A stretch of DNA of 64,000 bases from Lama glama. Its lineage: Eukaryota. The notes under the pieces are model-generated. The model saw only the letters and a program-made list of their open reading frames with translations, did not search any database and had not been told where the DNA came from. Made by a program: the position numbers and the translations under genes. Each line of letters opens with the position of its first letter. Position 1 is the stretch's first letter. The stretch lies in the NCBI GenBank assembly GCA_028534125.1, contig CM052816.1, forward strand, positions 68,078,001 to 68,142,000, read 5' to 3'. Positions 24,086 through 36,380 of the stretch are shown one piece after another.

Positions 24086-27000
24086 GAAACTCTTCTTAAC
24101 ATCCTCCCTGGTCCTCTATGAGAAAGAAACTTGACAGCTTCAGTAGTTCTTCTTCTGTGCTCGTCTCCAGGGAAGCCCAGTGTAGCCAGCTTCAATCAGC
24201 ACAGATGGAATCAATCATTTTGCACTCCTGAGATGCTCACAAGATTAATAACTGTACGTCTGGGAATGCCTGTCCTTTGATAGAGATGCCATACACAGAC
24301 AGGGTTTGTGTTGCCCTTTACTATGAGCTGGATCCTGACCCATCCTCTTTTGATGAAACCAGATTGTATCCTCTTCCCCCAGCCCAGAGAATGCTGTGGA
24401 GAATTTTCCCTATGGTACCAGCTGGGCCACAGATGAATAGCTGTTGTGGAAATATGCCCCCATTTCTAGTTAAATGATTAACACCAATGTTTTTTATTTA
24501 TCAGAATAACGAGGTCTTTAAAAAAAGACATGATTACACTTGGAAATACATATACACATTAAGAAAGAAATTGGAATCCATCTGGAACCTAAGAATATTT
24601 AATCTAAATCTTGAGCTTACATATAATAGTCTGTTATGGATTTTTTCCCCCTGAACTGTATGTAAGACCCTTGCTTTGGGCCACAATGGTGCCTGTTGTT
24701 CTCAACTCATTGAAAAACAAGTTCTGATCTTTTCCTTTTAAAGTATTCTATTTCCAAATGCTTGTCTTGTTTTTAAAAAAAGAGAGAGAGAGAGAAGCAT
24801 ATTCTGGTGCCATGAATCAAAGGCTGCATTTTTTTTCCCCAGTTAATGGCACATTATTTACTTTCTAGATGTGTAAATGAGTAATAAGTCCCTGGGGGGA
24901 AAGATAGTATTGAAGAGCAAACAAATTCCATGGATGCGATCCATAGAATTTTTTAAAATGATTATAAACTCATGCTTTCAGCTAATAATAGTAAGGGTTT
25001 TGTTGAAGGATAAGAACACTGAATTGAATTACACAACTGGGAAAAGAGAAATACATTTCCAAAATTTACTTTGAATTACTGAAGTTTTATTTCTATGTTC
25101 TGTTGTTCTGATTTTGAAAAAAAATCAAATTATAAGGAGAGTGATTTTGTAAAGAAGGCAGAGTTCTTTTCTATGAGATCTATAAAGCTGGGGTGTTGTT
25201 TTTTTCTTCCACCCCGGGCATCACAAATTACTCCTGTGATCCTGGTAAAATATCCGCAGAGACTTATTAGCAACAGGCCTGGCTAATTAACAGGGCCAGG
25301 GAATGTGGCACCTTCCCTGGGTTCCTGAGCTCTTTAATCTGAGACAGGACCCAAACTTCTGTTCATCCTCTAGGCCATTAATAAGTACTTATCAGAGATC
25401 CAGTTACTTTAGATCTGGGCCAAAAGGCAAAGCCAGATGAAGAATATTGAATCGGACGCTGTTCTTGATTTAAAAATTAGAGTGTCTATGACAACTCAAA
25501 AATGGTGTCATTTATGCAGAATTTCAAAGAAGACAGATAAAGGAAGACCTAAGGGAAATGAAGACATTTGAGGCATGACTTAATTGGAGGCAGAGGGTCG
25601 ATGAAATGACTTAATTAGGTCGCATCCAACTTTATAGCTCTGTCATGGCTGGTGTAGTGCCATTATCTTTACTGATTCTTTGATGCCACATAAATTTGAT
25701 TTTATCTCCCTACACTCAAATATTTTGTCTCTACAAGAAATTTAATAATGAGTTAGTACATATGAGTCCTAGGTCTTATAATGTTAAAATTATATGTGAC
25801 ACGAAATACTGAACTGTAAATGGAAATTCAGAAGCATCATTTCTGCTTGGATGGTTTTAGAAAATCAGAATGTTGTTATTTCAGTAAAGTGTTAAAGAAA
25901 TAATTTGTGTTATCTCCATTGACAAATTAGAGAATTGTGTATCACTGTTGGATTTCCTGCCTGATGGAACAAGCTGCCCACAGGGACTGACACAATTCTG
26001 AGATAGCCCCTGGGGTGCTGTGTGCCCTTCTATATAGTACTTGCTCATCCGTCTTCTTCAGTGCGAAAGGCATGCTTATCAAATTTAAGCTAGGAAGGCT
26101 AATAACTAAGCCAGATAACAAAATCAAAATTGTTTTTACTTTTTTGAGGGGAGTGGGAATTGCAAAGCTACCTTTAACAGATGTAAATGGGAAGACACTT
26201 AGCAAGCCACCCTCACGGGTACCTGTTGCGGGCAGTCTGCTGGGCACTACTGATGTGAAAAAGATCCAGGGACTTTGTATTTGGGTTGAGAACAAGCCCC
26301 ATTGCCATGATGTAGCTGAACTAATACAGGAACAAAACTCTAGCAGGGTGGCAAGACTCTACATACTTTGTACTTGTTACACCACATCTGGAGTGTGATT
26401 TTCCTTTTTGGGCACTGGATTTTATGAGATAAAAACTGAGTTATGGTCAAACGAAAATGATTAGAATGAAATTATATAAGGAACAGAAAGAGGCAGCAAA
26501 GAAAGGACTTTCAGGTTCGCGTGAGAGTTGTCTTCACATATTCCATAGTGCATTAAATTGCAGAGACAAAAAATACTAGGCCCTGTCTGGGAGTGGTGTG
26601 TACTTTATGAAAGCAAAGTATTAACAGGAACACAGCAGGTTCCTAACACACATTCTTTGCCTTTCCTTTACTAACGTACCAGGTGTTCTAGGGAGCCATG
26701 TTTGTCCCAGAGGACTGTAAGCTTCTGAAAGGCAGAGCCCCCCTCTTTGACATCCTTGCACCTCTCATCTCCTCTCACTGGAATACTTCAAAGCTGGCAG
26801 AAGTTTTTATCATATTAAGCATTTTGATACTCATATATCTCACTTTAACTATAATTTTGGGGAAAAAAAGGAATAAAATTCATTTTGAAGTTATTTGGCT
26901 AGGAAAAACTAATTTTGTTTACAAGCAAAATATTTGGGAATCTTTGAAAAGTGAGAGAAATCTACCTATAAAGTGCTTCTAAATGTAAGATTTTTAAAAG

Positions 27001-29304
27001 TCTGCAATTAATTAAATTGATATGTTGCTTATTGACTACTGATTTATTAACTGTTTTGTGCTTACAGGATTGCAATATATATGTATATGTATAATTGCTG
27101 TATATATTATAATATAAATATATTAGGTCTAGTATTTTCATAATCGTTTCAAATACATAGGTCCTAGGTACAGTACCCCTGGTGACAAATGAATAAAAGA
27201 GCCCTGGTGTCTGTAACATAGTAAGCACTCAATAAGTATTTGCTGAATCAGTTAAAATACACTAATTACTCAAATAAAACCCCAAAATTCTAGTTCATTT
27301 CTCTGCTAAGAACTTGAGAGGGGGCATTAAAAGCAGAGTAAAAATAGGAGGGGAGGGCAGCAGCTGTTCTTGAATTTCTGGTGGATCCGGCTCACCAAGA
27401 AAAGATACGTCTTAATTTGGTTGTTAATTGTAGGTGTGAGTGTCCCCAGTGCTGTGCCAGGAACATTACATGTTAATAGCAGGAAGTGTACTGTGATCAG
27501 AAGAGCAAATACACATTTAGTTCAGGAGTTGAGTCACTGCTCTTCTAAAAAGGGAGGATTCTAAATATTCTGAAAACGGGAGCTAGTTGCTGGATATTGG
27601 AAAGGGTGTCTTTTTGCAGGTCTTTTTGAAAAAAAAAAAGGCAACAGATTAAGCAGTGGATCAAAATATAAGTGAAAGACTTGCCTACCAAGTTAAAAAG
27701 CAAAAAAAGAACTGAACTAAAATAAAAATAGCTCCAACCCAGAGATCAAGAGGACTATTTTGTCCAAGGAAAGAATAGAAGTGGTCCGCTTACACTCCGC
27801 CAAGCCACTAGCTTCAAGTGCATCTTTGTGCGATAGCCGAGGGCCTGAAAGGCTTCATTATTAAGAAGTTAATGCTTGACAGCAGCCGACTCCACCACAG
27901 CAGAATTGCCCGCCTTCGAAAGACAGCCTCCTATGAGTCTTGGGATAATTACTCAAATCTCCAAATTATCCTTCAGGGAACAAAATGAAGCATGCAGAAT
28001 CAAAAGCAGATCTGTAGCTGAGATTATGAAAAGGGAGTGGGTTCTTTTCCATTTTATAAAATGATTATTTCTATTGTAGGAACCACAGAAGAGATAGGGG
28101 GGAAAATACTGCCCCTGGACCAAGCGGGCAATAAATGGCTAGCAGCTGTATAGTCCAAGGAGAAAACTTAATCTGTTCATGTAAATACTCACAAGGCAGT
28201 TTTCTCTAAATTCTCAACACGTCACGCCAAAACAAATTGCCTGAGAAGACTGAGGGTGCTGAAATGGAAACACCCCAAGTCTTGTTGCTGAAGAATATTT
28301 TCACTAGGCACCATTTTCTAAAAGACCTGAATGTGCCCAATCAAGCCATCTACTATCTACTGAAAATATCTGCTTACAAAGTATTTCTCCCTCCATATAG
28401 ACATGCATTTGTTTCCTTAACCCTACTTCCCATTTTAGGAAATAAATTCACTTTAAAAAATATTTTTGCTGAGAATCACCACCACCACAAAAACGTTTCA
28501 TTTTTTTCCCTGCTTTTTTCCCCCATCAATCATAGCTGTCAGAGGCTCCCAAAACTTTCTAAGAAAAGTATTTTTCAAACAGAAGTAGACCCCTGAGCAT
28601 GTTCTTGAGAGGGGAAGGGGTCCATAAATTGTAAGAAAATTAAACATTTTTAAGTTTGGTGTTTTTCTTACAATGATGATTTTAAGTTTTGCGTTTATCT
28701 GTTAGAAAGACAAAACTTCCTTCTGCAGTGGAAATTTTCAACTGGAGGGCAGGTTCATGGAAGAATGCTTCAGTTAAGTCAGTGTTTCTCAAACAAGCAT
28801 CTATGAATTTATTCTCAGGAGTAGGAGAAAAGTTTTATTTCTTTCAAAAGATCCTTATGGTTCAAATTTTGAGAGAGTAAGCTACAATGACCTACCTGCT
28901 CCACAACCATCCTGACTCTCCCTCAATCTCACCAGCGCACATCTGCTACTACTAAGCAGGTTAGTCAGGTTAATTGCAAGGACTTCAGGTGTTGTGTAAG
29001 GATTCTTACTAAAATCAGCCCAATGAGTGTCTGCCCAGTTCTGAGTTGAATAAACTATAGATAAAATGGTAGTGTGATGCCTGGCACAGAATGTTAATGC
29101 TAATATCATATATAGTTTTTATTTTGGAACTCTTTATCTCCCAATCTTACCTTCTCCCCTCCAAGTCCTATATATTTACAGTGGCTGAGAGACTTGGAGA
29201 CGCACTGGAGAAGTCTGCAAGGTTTTCCAGATGCTAGAAATATTAACGTCCTATCAATTTCTCCAAGCTAACTGGGGCCAACTACTAATTAACTCACAGT
29301 GGGT

Positions 29305-29560
29305 TTTTTTTTCCTTTTAAAAAAACTATTAAAATATATATAACATAAAATTTACCATTTTAACCATTTTTAAGTGTACAATTCAGTGGCATTAAGTGCA
29401 TTTGCATTCTTGTGCAACCATCACTGCCATTCATCTCTAGAAATTTTTTCATCTTCCCAAATTAAAACTCCATTGGCATTACATGATAATTCCCATTTCT
29501 CTCTCCCCCAGCCTCTGGCAACCACTATTCTACTTTCTGTTTCTACAAATCTGACTACTA
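29305..29560 (-). mobile_element. L1MA/L1MB-type 3' UTR end
   Basis: taacataaaatttaccattttaaccatttttaagtgtacaattcagtggcattaagt...ccagcctctggcaaccactattctactttctgt. Confidence 0.92.
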
Positions 29561-30694
29561 TATCAAAATCTTTTTTAAAAGATGTGCTGATTCTTAAATC
29601 AGGTTGAACCAGGGAAACTGTATGGTCCTTTCCCATGATCTTCTACATACATGGGAGTTGCCGAAAGCCAGTTCTTGGGTACAGTCCATTAACACATTTG
29701 AAATGCTTCTTCACCATTACCACCAGAATTCTAATGTTGGCCCAACCAGGAGGACTGATCTGTTTGTAAGGCTGTTTTGCCTCTAAATGACTCACAAAGG
29801 TAGTGCACTGTATGCCAAGACAAAATTGGAGCTCCTTTTCCTCAAGCTTGTGGAGCAGCTATTTACAATTGTTCTGCCCTAGAAGCCCTGGTTTTGTTGG
29901 ATTGCAATTTGATATGGGTGGATTAGAGATCCCAGTTGCCTTTCCTTGCAGCCTAGGTTTCAAAGGATTCCTCTTGGCCTGTGCAAAGCTGAGAACTGAT
30001 AAGAATGGCACTACCATGTTCTTTGTTTTAGAAATGGGCTATTGGATGAAATGATGTTTGCTGACTGACAGGTAGAGAGCATCTGAAATAGCAGCCAGGA
30101 TGGTGTGAATTTCAGTTTTTTTCTTTGCCAATGATTATTGAAGGTCAGCCTATTCTATGCTAAAATCTGACTTGATGAGACTGGATGACATAATCCTCCT
30201 TCATGGTCAAGATACACTAGATGCAAAACAAGAGGTGAAGAGCTCAGTACAGTCAGTGAAAAACAAGGAGACACAATTTACTTATCCTTAATGGACATTC
30301 ATTTCTTTTTATATCATCTGGTTGAATGAACATCCTTCTAAAGACCCTCCATTTAATCTCCTCTATCCCCACATTACTTTTCTTCATTTGTTTCTGATTG
30401 ACAGAAGAGGTGATAGCCAGACTTAGTCAGTGGAGAAGGTAAATAGATTTTGGGAGAAACTGAAAACAGAAGAGAAACTGTGAAGAACCATGCATGTTTC
30501 CTTTTTCCTTACACATTTTATAAATACTATGCTAACCCACAGGGGAAGAAGGGGAATCCTAGATAAATAAAATGAGTCACTGTAGAGAAAAACTTTGTAG
30601 ACTAAGAAATAATATTCATTCAGTTATGTAAAGCCTTGGATTAACCATCAGGCATCCATGCAATGTATTTTTTAACTAATCTCAACTTTGCTTT

Positions 30695-30830
30695 AAGAGC
30701 AATAGTCTAGAGTCTGAGGACCTTGTTCCTAGCCTAAGGCTGACCACTAACTTGCTTTATTACCTTGATCAAGTTAAAGAGCCTCTCTGAACTTCAGCTT
30801 CCCTATGTATATAACAGAAAAATAACATCT
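30695..30830 (+). mobile_element. MIR SINE fragment
   Basis: ctagagtctgaggaccttgttcctagcc...ccttgatcaagttaaagagcctctctgaacttcagcttccc. Confidence 0.65.
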
Positions 30831-30884
30831 GTCTCCTGTCTGCCTTGGATTAGTATTATGCAACTTTACATAAAAGAATTTACA

Positions 30885-32060
30885 CCAGTATGCTTCTGTT
30901 TATTTCTTCCCATTCTTTATGCTGTTGTTGCCATATATTTAACTTCCTTATATTTTATAAACCCCATATTTTAAAAATTTTTGCTTTCAAAAACAGTTAA
31001 TTGTCTTTCAAATTAAGAAAAGAGAAAAAACATAATTTATATTTACCCACATAATCATCATTTCTGGCACTTTTCACTCTTTTCTATAGATCTGAATTTT
31101 CACCTGCTATCATTTTCCTTCAGCCCAAAGACTTTTCCTTAGTATTTTTTAATAGTGCAGGTGCACTGTGACAGATTATCTCAGGTTTTATTTATCCCAA
31201 AATATCTTCAGTTTCACTTTATATTTGGTCAATATATTCACTGGATATTAAATATTGGGTTGATGGGTTTTGTTTTGTTTCGTTTATTTTCAGCACTTTA
31301 AAGGTATTATTTCATTGTATTCTGAGTTGCATTGTTTGTAATGAGAACTTAACTTTCATTTATATTGCTATTGCCCTGTATGAAATACCTTTTTTTTTCT
31401 GAATATTTTCTAAATATTCTCTTTATTTTGGTTTTCAGCAGTTTAACTATGTTATGGATGGGGGTAGTTTTCTTTGCATCATTTCATTAGAGAGTGGTTG
31501 AGTTTCTTGGACTCGATTCTTGGATCTTTAGGTTGATTTTTTTCAAATTTAAAATTTTTTTCAGCCATTATTTCTTCAAATATTTTTTCTATTCAATTCT
31601 TTGTCTCCAGTTTTGCTGGGACTCCAGTCATGGTGCATTAGATCTCTTGATGTTATTCCACAGGTTACTGACATTCTCTTTTCCAAGTGTTTCCTCTTTC
31701 ATTTTTAGTTCAAATTATTTTAAGTTTACTGATCCCTTCTTGAGTGGTGTCCCATTTAGTGCTAATTTCATCTAGTGATTGTTAACTGTCAGAGATTATA
31801 GGGTTTTGGCTCTAGAATTACATTTAGTTCTTTCTTATTTTATTTCTATTTCTATAGAGTTTTAATCTCTTTACCCAACATTATCACCTTTTTCAGTAAA
31901 TGATTGAAAATATTTACAATAGTTGTTTTAAAGTCATTGTCTGCTTATTCCAAAAACTGTCATCTGCAAATCTGTTCCTAATAACTTTTTTCTTAAATTT
32001 GGGTTATAGTTTTTGCTTTTTTGCATATAATTTTAAAATTGACTTTTTAGATACTGTATT
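30885..32060 (-). mobile_element. Old L1 (ORF1/inter-ORF region, L1MC/L1ME-like)
   Basis: T-rich antisense L1: ttttccttcagcccaaagac..., atattcactggatattaaatattgggttga, tttcagccattatttcttcaaatattttt, tagttgttttaaagtc. Confidence 0.85.
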
Positions 32061-32672
32061 TGAATGTACAGTGGGTACCTAAGTATAACTTAGTTTTTTT
32101 TTTCCTCAAAGAGTACAAGAATTTCCTCTCTGGTGGTAACCAGAGGGAGGAGTTAGTAATTAAATTCTTCTTGTTGTGGTTGTGCTGGAGCACAGCTTTA
32201 ACTACACTGAGTTCACCTGTGTTTAGCCCAACCTATCATACCTCATCTGCTGACTATTTGACCTTATCAGTAGTTGAGCTGGATGAGGACTGGCTGAAGT
32301 TTCACATTTTTTCAGTCTGCCTTTGGATTAAATTCTTACAGGGCTCCAGAATGTGCAGAGTTATATAATTTCCCTCTGCTTACCAATCATTCCTCCAACT
32401 GCTCTTTTTCTCAGGAAATCTTATGTTGAGGGAGTCTCAGGAGGAGAATTGTTAGACAAAATGCTCTGTCTGTGTATTTGGGGCCCTTCCAGACTCTGGT
32501 CTTCTAGCCAGACCACATTGTCCTACAAAGCTTCCCTCCATCCTTGAAAACATCTCTCCATCTGTACCCAGATTCTGCCTGTACCCATAACATGTACATG
32601 CCCACAGTGTGGAAGCTATCACGGCTCCCTGATCACCTATGAGAAGCCTATTTCTCTTGAAATCAAGTTCAT

Positions 32673-32947
32673 CAAAAAACAACCCAATCCAAAAATGGGC
32701 AGAAGACCTAAACAAGCAATTCTCCAAGGAAGACATAGAAATGATCAAAAAGCACATGAAAAAATGTTCAATATCACTAATTATCAGAGAAATGCAAATC
32801 AAAACTACAATGAGGTATCACCTCACACCAGTCAGAATGGCCGTCATTCAAAAATCCACAAATGACAAATGCTGGAGAGGTTGTGGAGAAAGGGGAACCC
32901 TCCTACACTGTTGGTGGGAATGCAGTTTGGTGCAGCCACTATGGAAA
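32673..32947 (+). mobile_element. Young 5'-truncated L1 ORF2 fragment running into gap
   Basis: Intact frame [82 protein letters not shown] (ORF2p Cys-rich domain). Confidence 0.97.
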
Positions 32948-33447
32948 NNNNNNNNNNNNNNNNNNNNNNNNNNNNNNNNNNNNNNNNNNNNNNNNNNNNN
33001 NNNNNNNNNNNNNNNNNNNNNNNNNNNNNNNNNNNNNNNNNNNNNNNNNNNNNNNNNNNNNNNNNNNNNNNNNNNNNNNNNNNNNNNNNNNNNNNNNNNN
33101 NNNNNNNNNNNNNNNNNNNNNNNNNNNNNNNNNNNNNNNNNNNNNNNNNNNNNNNNNNNNNNNNNNNNNNNNNNNNNNNNNNNNNNNNNNNNNNNNNNNN
33201 NNNNNNNNNNNNNNNNNNNNNNNNNNNNNNNNNNNNNNNNNNNNNNNNNNNNNNNNNNNNNNNNNNNNNNNNNNNNNNNNNNNNNNNNNNNNNNNNNNNN
33301 NNNNNNNNNNNNNNNNNNNNNNNNNNNNNNNNNNNNNNNNNNNNNNNNNNNNNNNNNNNNNNNNNNNNNNNNNNNNNNNNNNNNNNNNNNNNNNNNNNNN
33401 NNNNNNNNNNNNNNNNNNNNNNNNNNNNNNNNNNNNNNNNNNNNNNN
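32948..33447. other. Assembly gap (500 N)
   Basis: Run of exactly 500 N. Confidence 1.
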
Positions 33448-33565
33448 TGTTTCTGCTCTATCAGAAACAGATGTTTATTGCTGTAGTGGAAAAACAGGTT
33501 GATTGCTTCTCCGAGATATTGTCTCCTGGGCCTGAAGTCACTCTGGGGCATCTCACAAAACCTTC
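33448..33565 (-). CDS. Candidate exon C of an unidentified spliced transcript (may be non-coding or terminal)
   Basis: Weak acceptor ...gaccttag|GA. Phase 1 matches exon B. Frame (G)RFCEMPQSDFRPRRQYLGEAINLFFHYSNKHLFLIEQK is open to the gap. AATAAA at 33479-33474. Confidence 0.18.
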
Positions 33566-33802
33566 CTAAGGTCTAATATTAATAGGGGAGTTTGCACTAA
33601 ATGATCTCTATCTTCCAGGTCTAAACTTCAGATATAGGTAGCTCTAGAATCTCTTAAGATTCAGATGACTCAGTCAATACATTTAACTAAAGTAATACAT
33701 GTCTTTGCCCTTAAAGTCACCCAGTTCTGATTTGGATGGACCTATAGCTAGAATTGGCCTGACCTGGTCTTAAACTGGTGAGTTGTCCCATTCTCCTATT
33801 AC

Positions 33803-33966
33803 CTTTTTTCTCCTCTAGTCCTTGGATACAGAATAGAAAACAGCCTCTAAGTCCTGTCAATAAAATGTCTTGCCAGACCAGAGTCAAAACAAGAGATATC
33901 AATTCTTCTCTTCTACTTTGAAGCTCTTTGTACCGGGAAAGATCAACTGACCATCTTCTAGAATCC
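33803..33966 (-). CDS. Candidate exon B (164 nt), product unknown
   Basis: Acceptor acttttatatcttcaag|G and donor AAG|gtaata. Reads (R)DSRRWSVDLSRYKELQSRREELISLVLTLVWQDILLTGLRGCFLFCIQGLEEKK; phase-compatible with exon A. Confidence 0.3.
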
Positions 33967-34297
33967 CTTGAAGATATAAAAGTATCATTTTTGTTTAAAT
34001 AAGCAAAGGAACTTTGTAACATCATAGCAGTAACACAATAGCACCCCTAAGACAATACAAAAATGTAGGTAAATTTCTCATGAGGCTCTTCGAGGAAGCC
34101 AGGGAATAAGAATTGCACCCTTAATCGTTCAAGGAATTTGTCACTTTTCCAAACTGCTGTTCTTTCCCACAGACTTCTCTTTCTCCCATGAATTTTCAGT
34201 TCTTCTGGGACTTGATGAAGCTCTTAATAATCAAATAACAATAAGTCTTTCAAGGTTTCTTAATGAGCTTTAGATGTTGAACGGCATATGTGCATAC

Positions 34298-34440
34298 CTT
34301 ATCTTGTAGACTGATGACAGTCTTTCCATGATAGGATAGTGGAACTGGCTATGGATCTGGTCCAAAGTGACACTGCTGATAGAATTCAGCCGAGTCAGCA
34401 AAATCAAGGTTCTGATTTGTGCTAGAGTGAATGTCAATGA
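34298..34440 (-). CDS. Candidate exon A (143 nt), product unknown
   Basis: Branch-like ttttaac plus acceptor gcttgtttcag| and donor AAG|gtatgc. The only open frame reads SLTFTLAQIRTLILLTRLNSISSVTLDQIHSQFHYPIMERLSSVYKI. Confidence 0.33.
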
Positions 34441-36242
34441 CTGAAACAAGCTTTCAGTTAAAATTTGACTATGGTTTGATTCCTTGCAAAACATGAAATT
34501 TTTAGAGATATTCTGAATAAAGAAAAGTCTTCCAAGGTCAAATATCTTTGGAAAATGATCTTCCACTCTTGAAGAAACACAGTGGATGCTAGCATATTTA
34601 TTATTGACTCTTTAATAATGAAAATTATTTACTTTTTTGTTCAGCCCCAAAGTTCCCAAAATTATTTGGTTATAATAAATTTTTTCCCACTTTGGAAGCC
34701 CTGGAATCCTCTGAAATCCTCTGAGATTAAGTTAACCTGACAAGCCCTGAACAATAAATCATGTGTGGAAGTGAGGCCAAGCATGTTTTTACAAGACTCT
34801 ATCCCAAGTGTGAAGGTATTCTTCATTCAAGCACATGGGTAGACTTGGAATAGCAGAGTGGCTCTGTCAGATGGATATATGGCCAAGAGATGCTGTGGCC
34901 CTGAAAGCTTGCCCCTGTCTGTCTTCCGTAGTTAACCTTGGTGACATAACCTTGGGACTGCATTTTTCTCATATGTGTGAATTAATAGAGCCAAAATAAA
35001 CAAAATTCCAAATGTAAAGGAAAAGTTTATGAGTCCACTGCTGCTCTGTGCCTAAAGCAAAAGTTCTATACTTAATCACTTCAGTAAGTAGCCATTCCTA
35101 CCTGGGCTTCCCAAGGGAATAGGAAACTATTTTGTTAACTGTTGTGCTCTATAATTCAGGAGATATAAACTTATGAGCTCTTCCAGAGGCCAAGAACAGA
35201 ATTATCCCAGCAGAAGACACAGTGCTTTAAGAGCAATGAAATGAAATCCCCACTCTGAGGCAAAAAGAAAAAGCAGATATTAAGAGTCTGAGAGTCTATT
35301 AACAAAACATATTACATGCACATGTACTGAGGTGATGGCTAATGTTAAAGTTGGTCTAAGTTGCCTATTGATGTTTTAATGTTTGGACTAGTTGAGTTCT
35401 TTCCCATGTTACTCTCCCACAGTTAACCTTGACTCTGTTGTTGACCTAACCTGAGCCTTGCATACTTTCTACATCAGGAAAAGGTTAGGAATTTATAAAG
35501 CAAAGTAAACAAGCCTCTGAGATTGGGTCCTGTAGTGGTTACTTTCCTGTTGGGAATTTTGAATCTAAAACAAAACAAGGAGATCAGGCTTGTATACGTC
35601 AGGCAGCTTGTGAGTCTACAACACAGCTTATGTGCAAGGCACTGAAAGGGAAAATTTGCAGAAATGGGGCCAGTTCTCAGTATTCAAAAAGCCAGTCTGT
35701 TTTCTAACACACACATTCCTGGGCACATCTTAAAATGAAATAAACACATATTGACAGGATATTAAGTTGCTAAGTTAGAAGCAATTTAGAAAGAAATGGG
35801 AAAGGAGAAATATGGAGAATGTTATCCATAAACACATTCTAAAAAGTATAAACAATCTCTATTAGGTAATTATTTAATAGAAATGTTAATGATAATACAG
35901 ACCAAGAATTATTGTAAAAGTATAGAACTTATATTAACTATCAGAAAGAATCTGTTTAGTTCTATGAATGTATAATGGCTATTTTTATTTCAATAAAGAC
36001 AAAGCAGTTAAACTTTGCCTCTTTGGAAACGTATATTGGTATTTGAGTACCTAGTTTAGCCTGAGTCCTGAGCAAGCTGCTGAGAGATTTGCAGGGTAAA
36101 ATTCCTGGGTCCGCTAGGGTTGCCTATTTGGATTACAGGCATCCACTTGCTTTGTTTGTACTAGCTATTCTTAATATGCAGGAAGGCCAAAATACTACTG
36201 GATGATCAATTACCAGGCCTTAAATAAAAATAGGTAAAGTTA

Positions 36243-36380
36243 GGGGTGGGTATAGCTCAAGTGGTAGCTCGCTTGCTTATTAGCATGCATGAGGTCCTGG
36301 GTCCAATCCTTCTCTAAAAATAAATAAATAAATCTAATTACCTCCGCCCCCAAAATTTTCAAATAAAAAATTTTAAAAAC
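36243..36380 (+). mobile_element. tRNA-derived SINE (camelid Vic-1-type)
   Basis: ggggtgggtatagctcaagtggtag (A box)...gaggtcctgggtccaatcc (B box), then (taaa)n, a C-rich patch and an A-rich tail. Approximate TSD aaataggtaaagtta / aaaaaagtaaagtca. Confidence 0.85.

Noticed and set aside
30157..30290. Short protein-like ORF MLKSDLMRLDDIILLHGQDTLDAKQEVK...
   Set aside because: Only about 44 codons, weak splice context and no recognised homologue.
33448..33469. 8-bp hairpin tgtttctg/cagaaaca
   Set aside because: Too short to be significant and adjacent to a gap edge.
34311..34380. Box C/D snoRNA (TGATGA ... CTGA about 70 nt apart)
   Set aside because: No terminal stem and no recognisable rRNA/snRNA antisense element; such short motifs are common.
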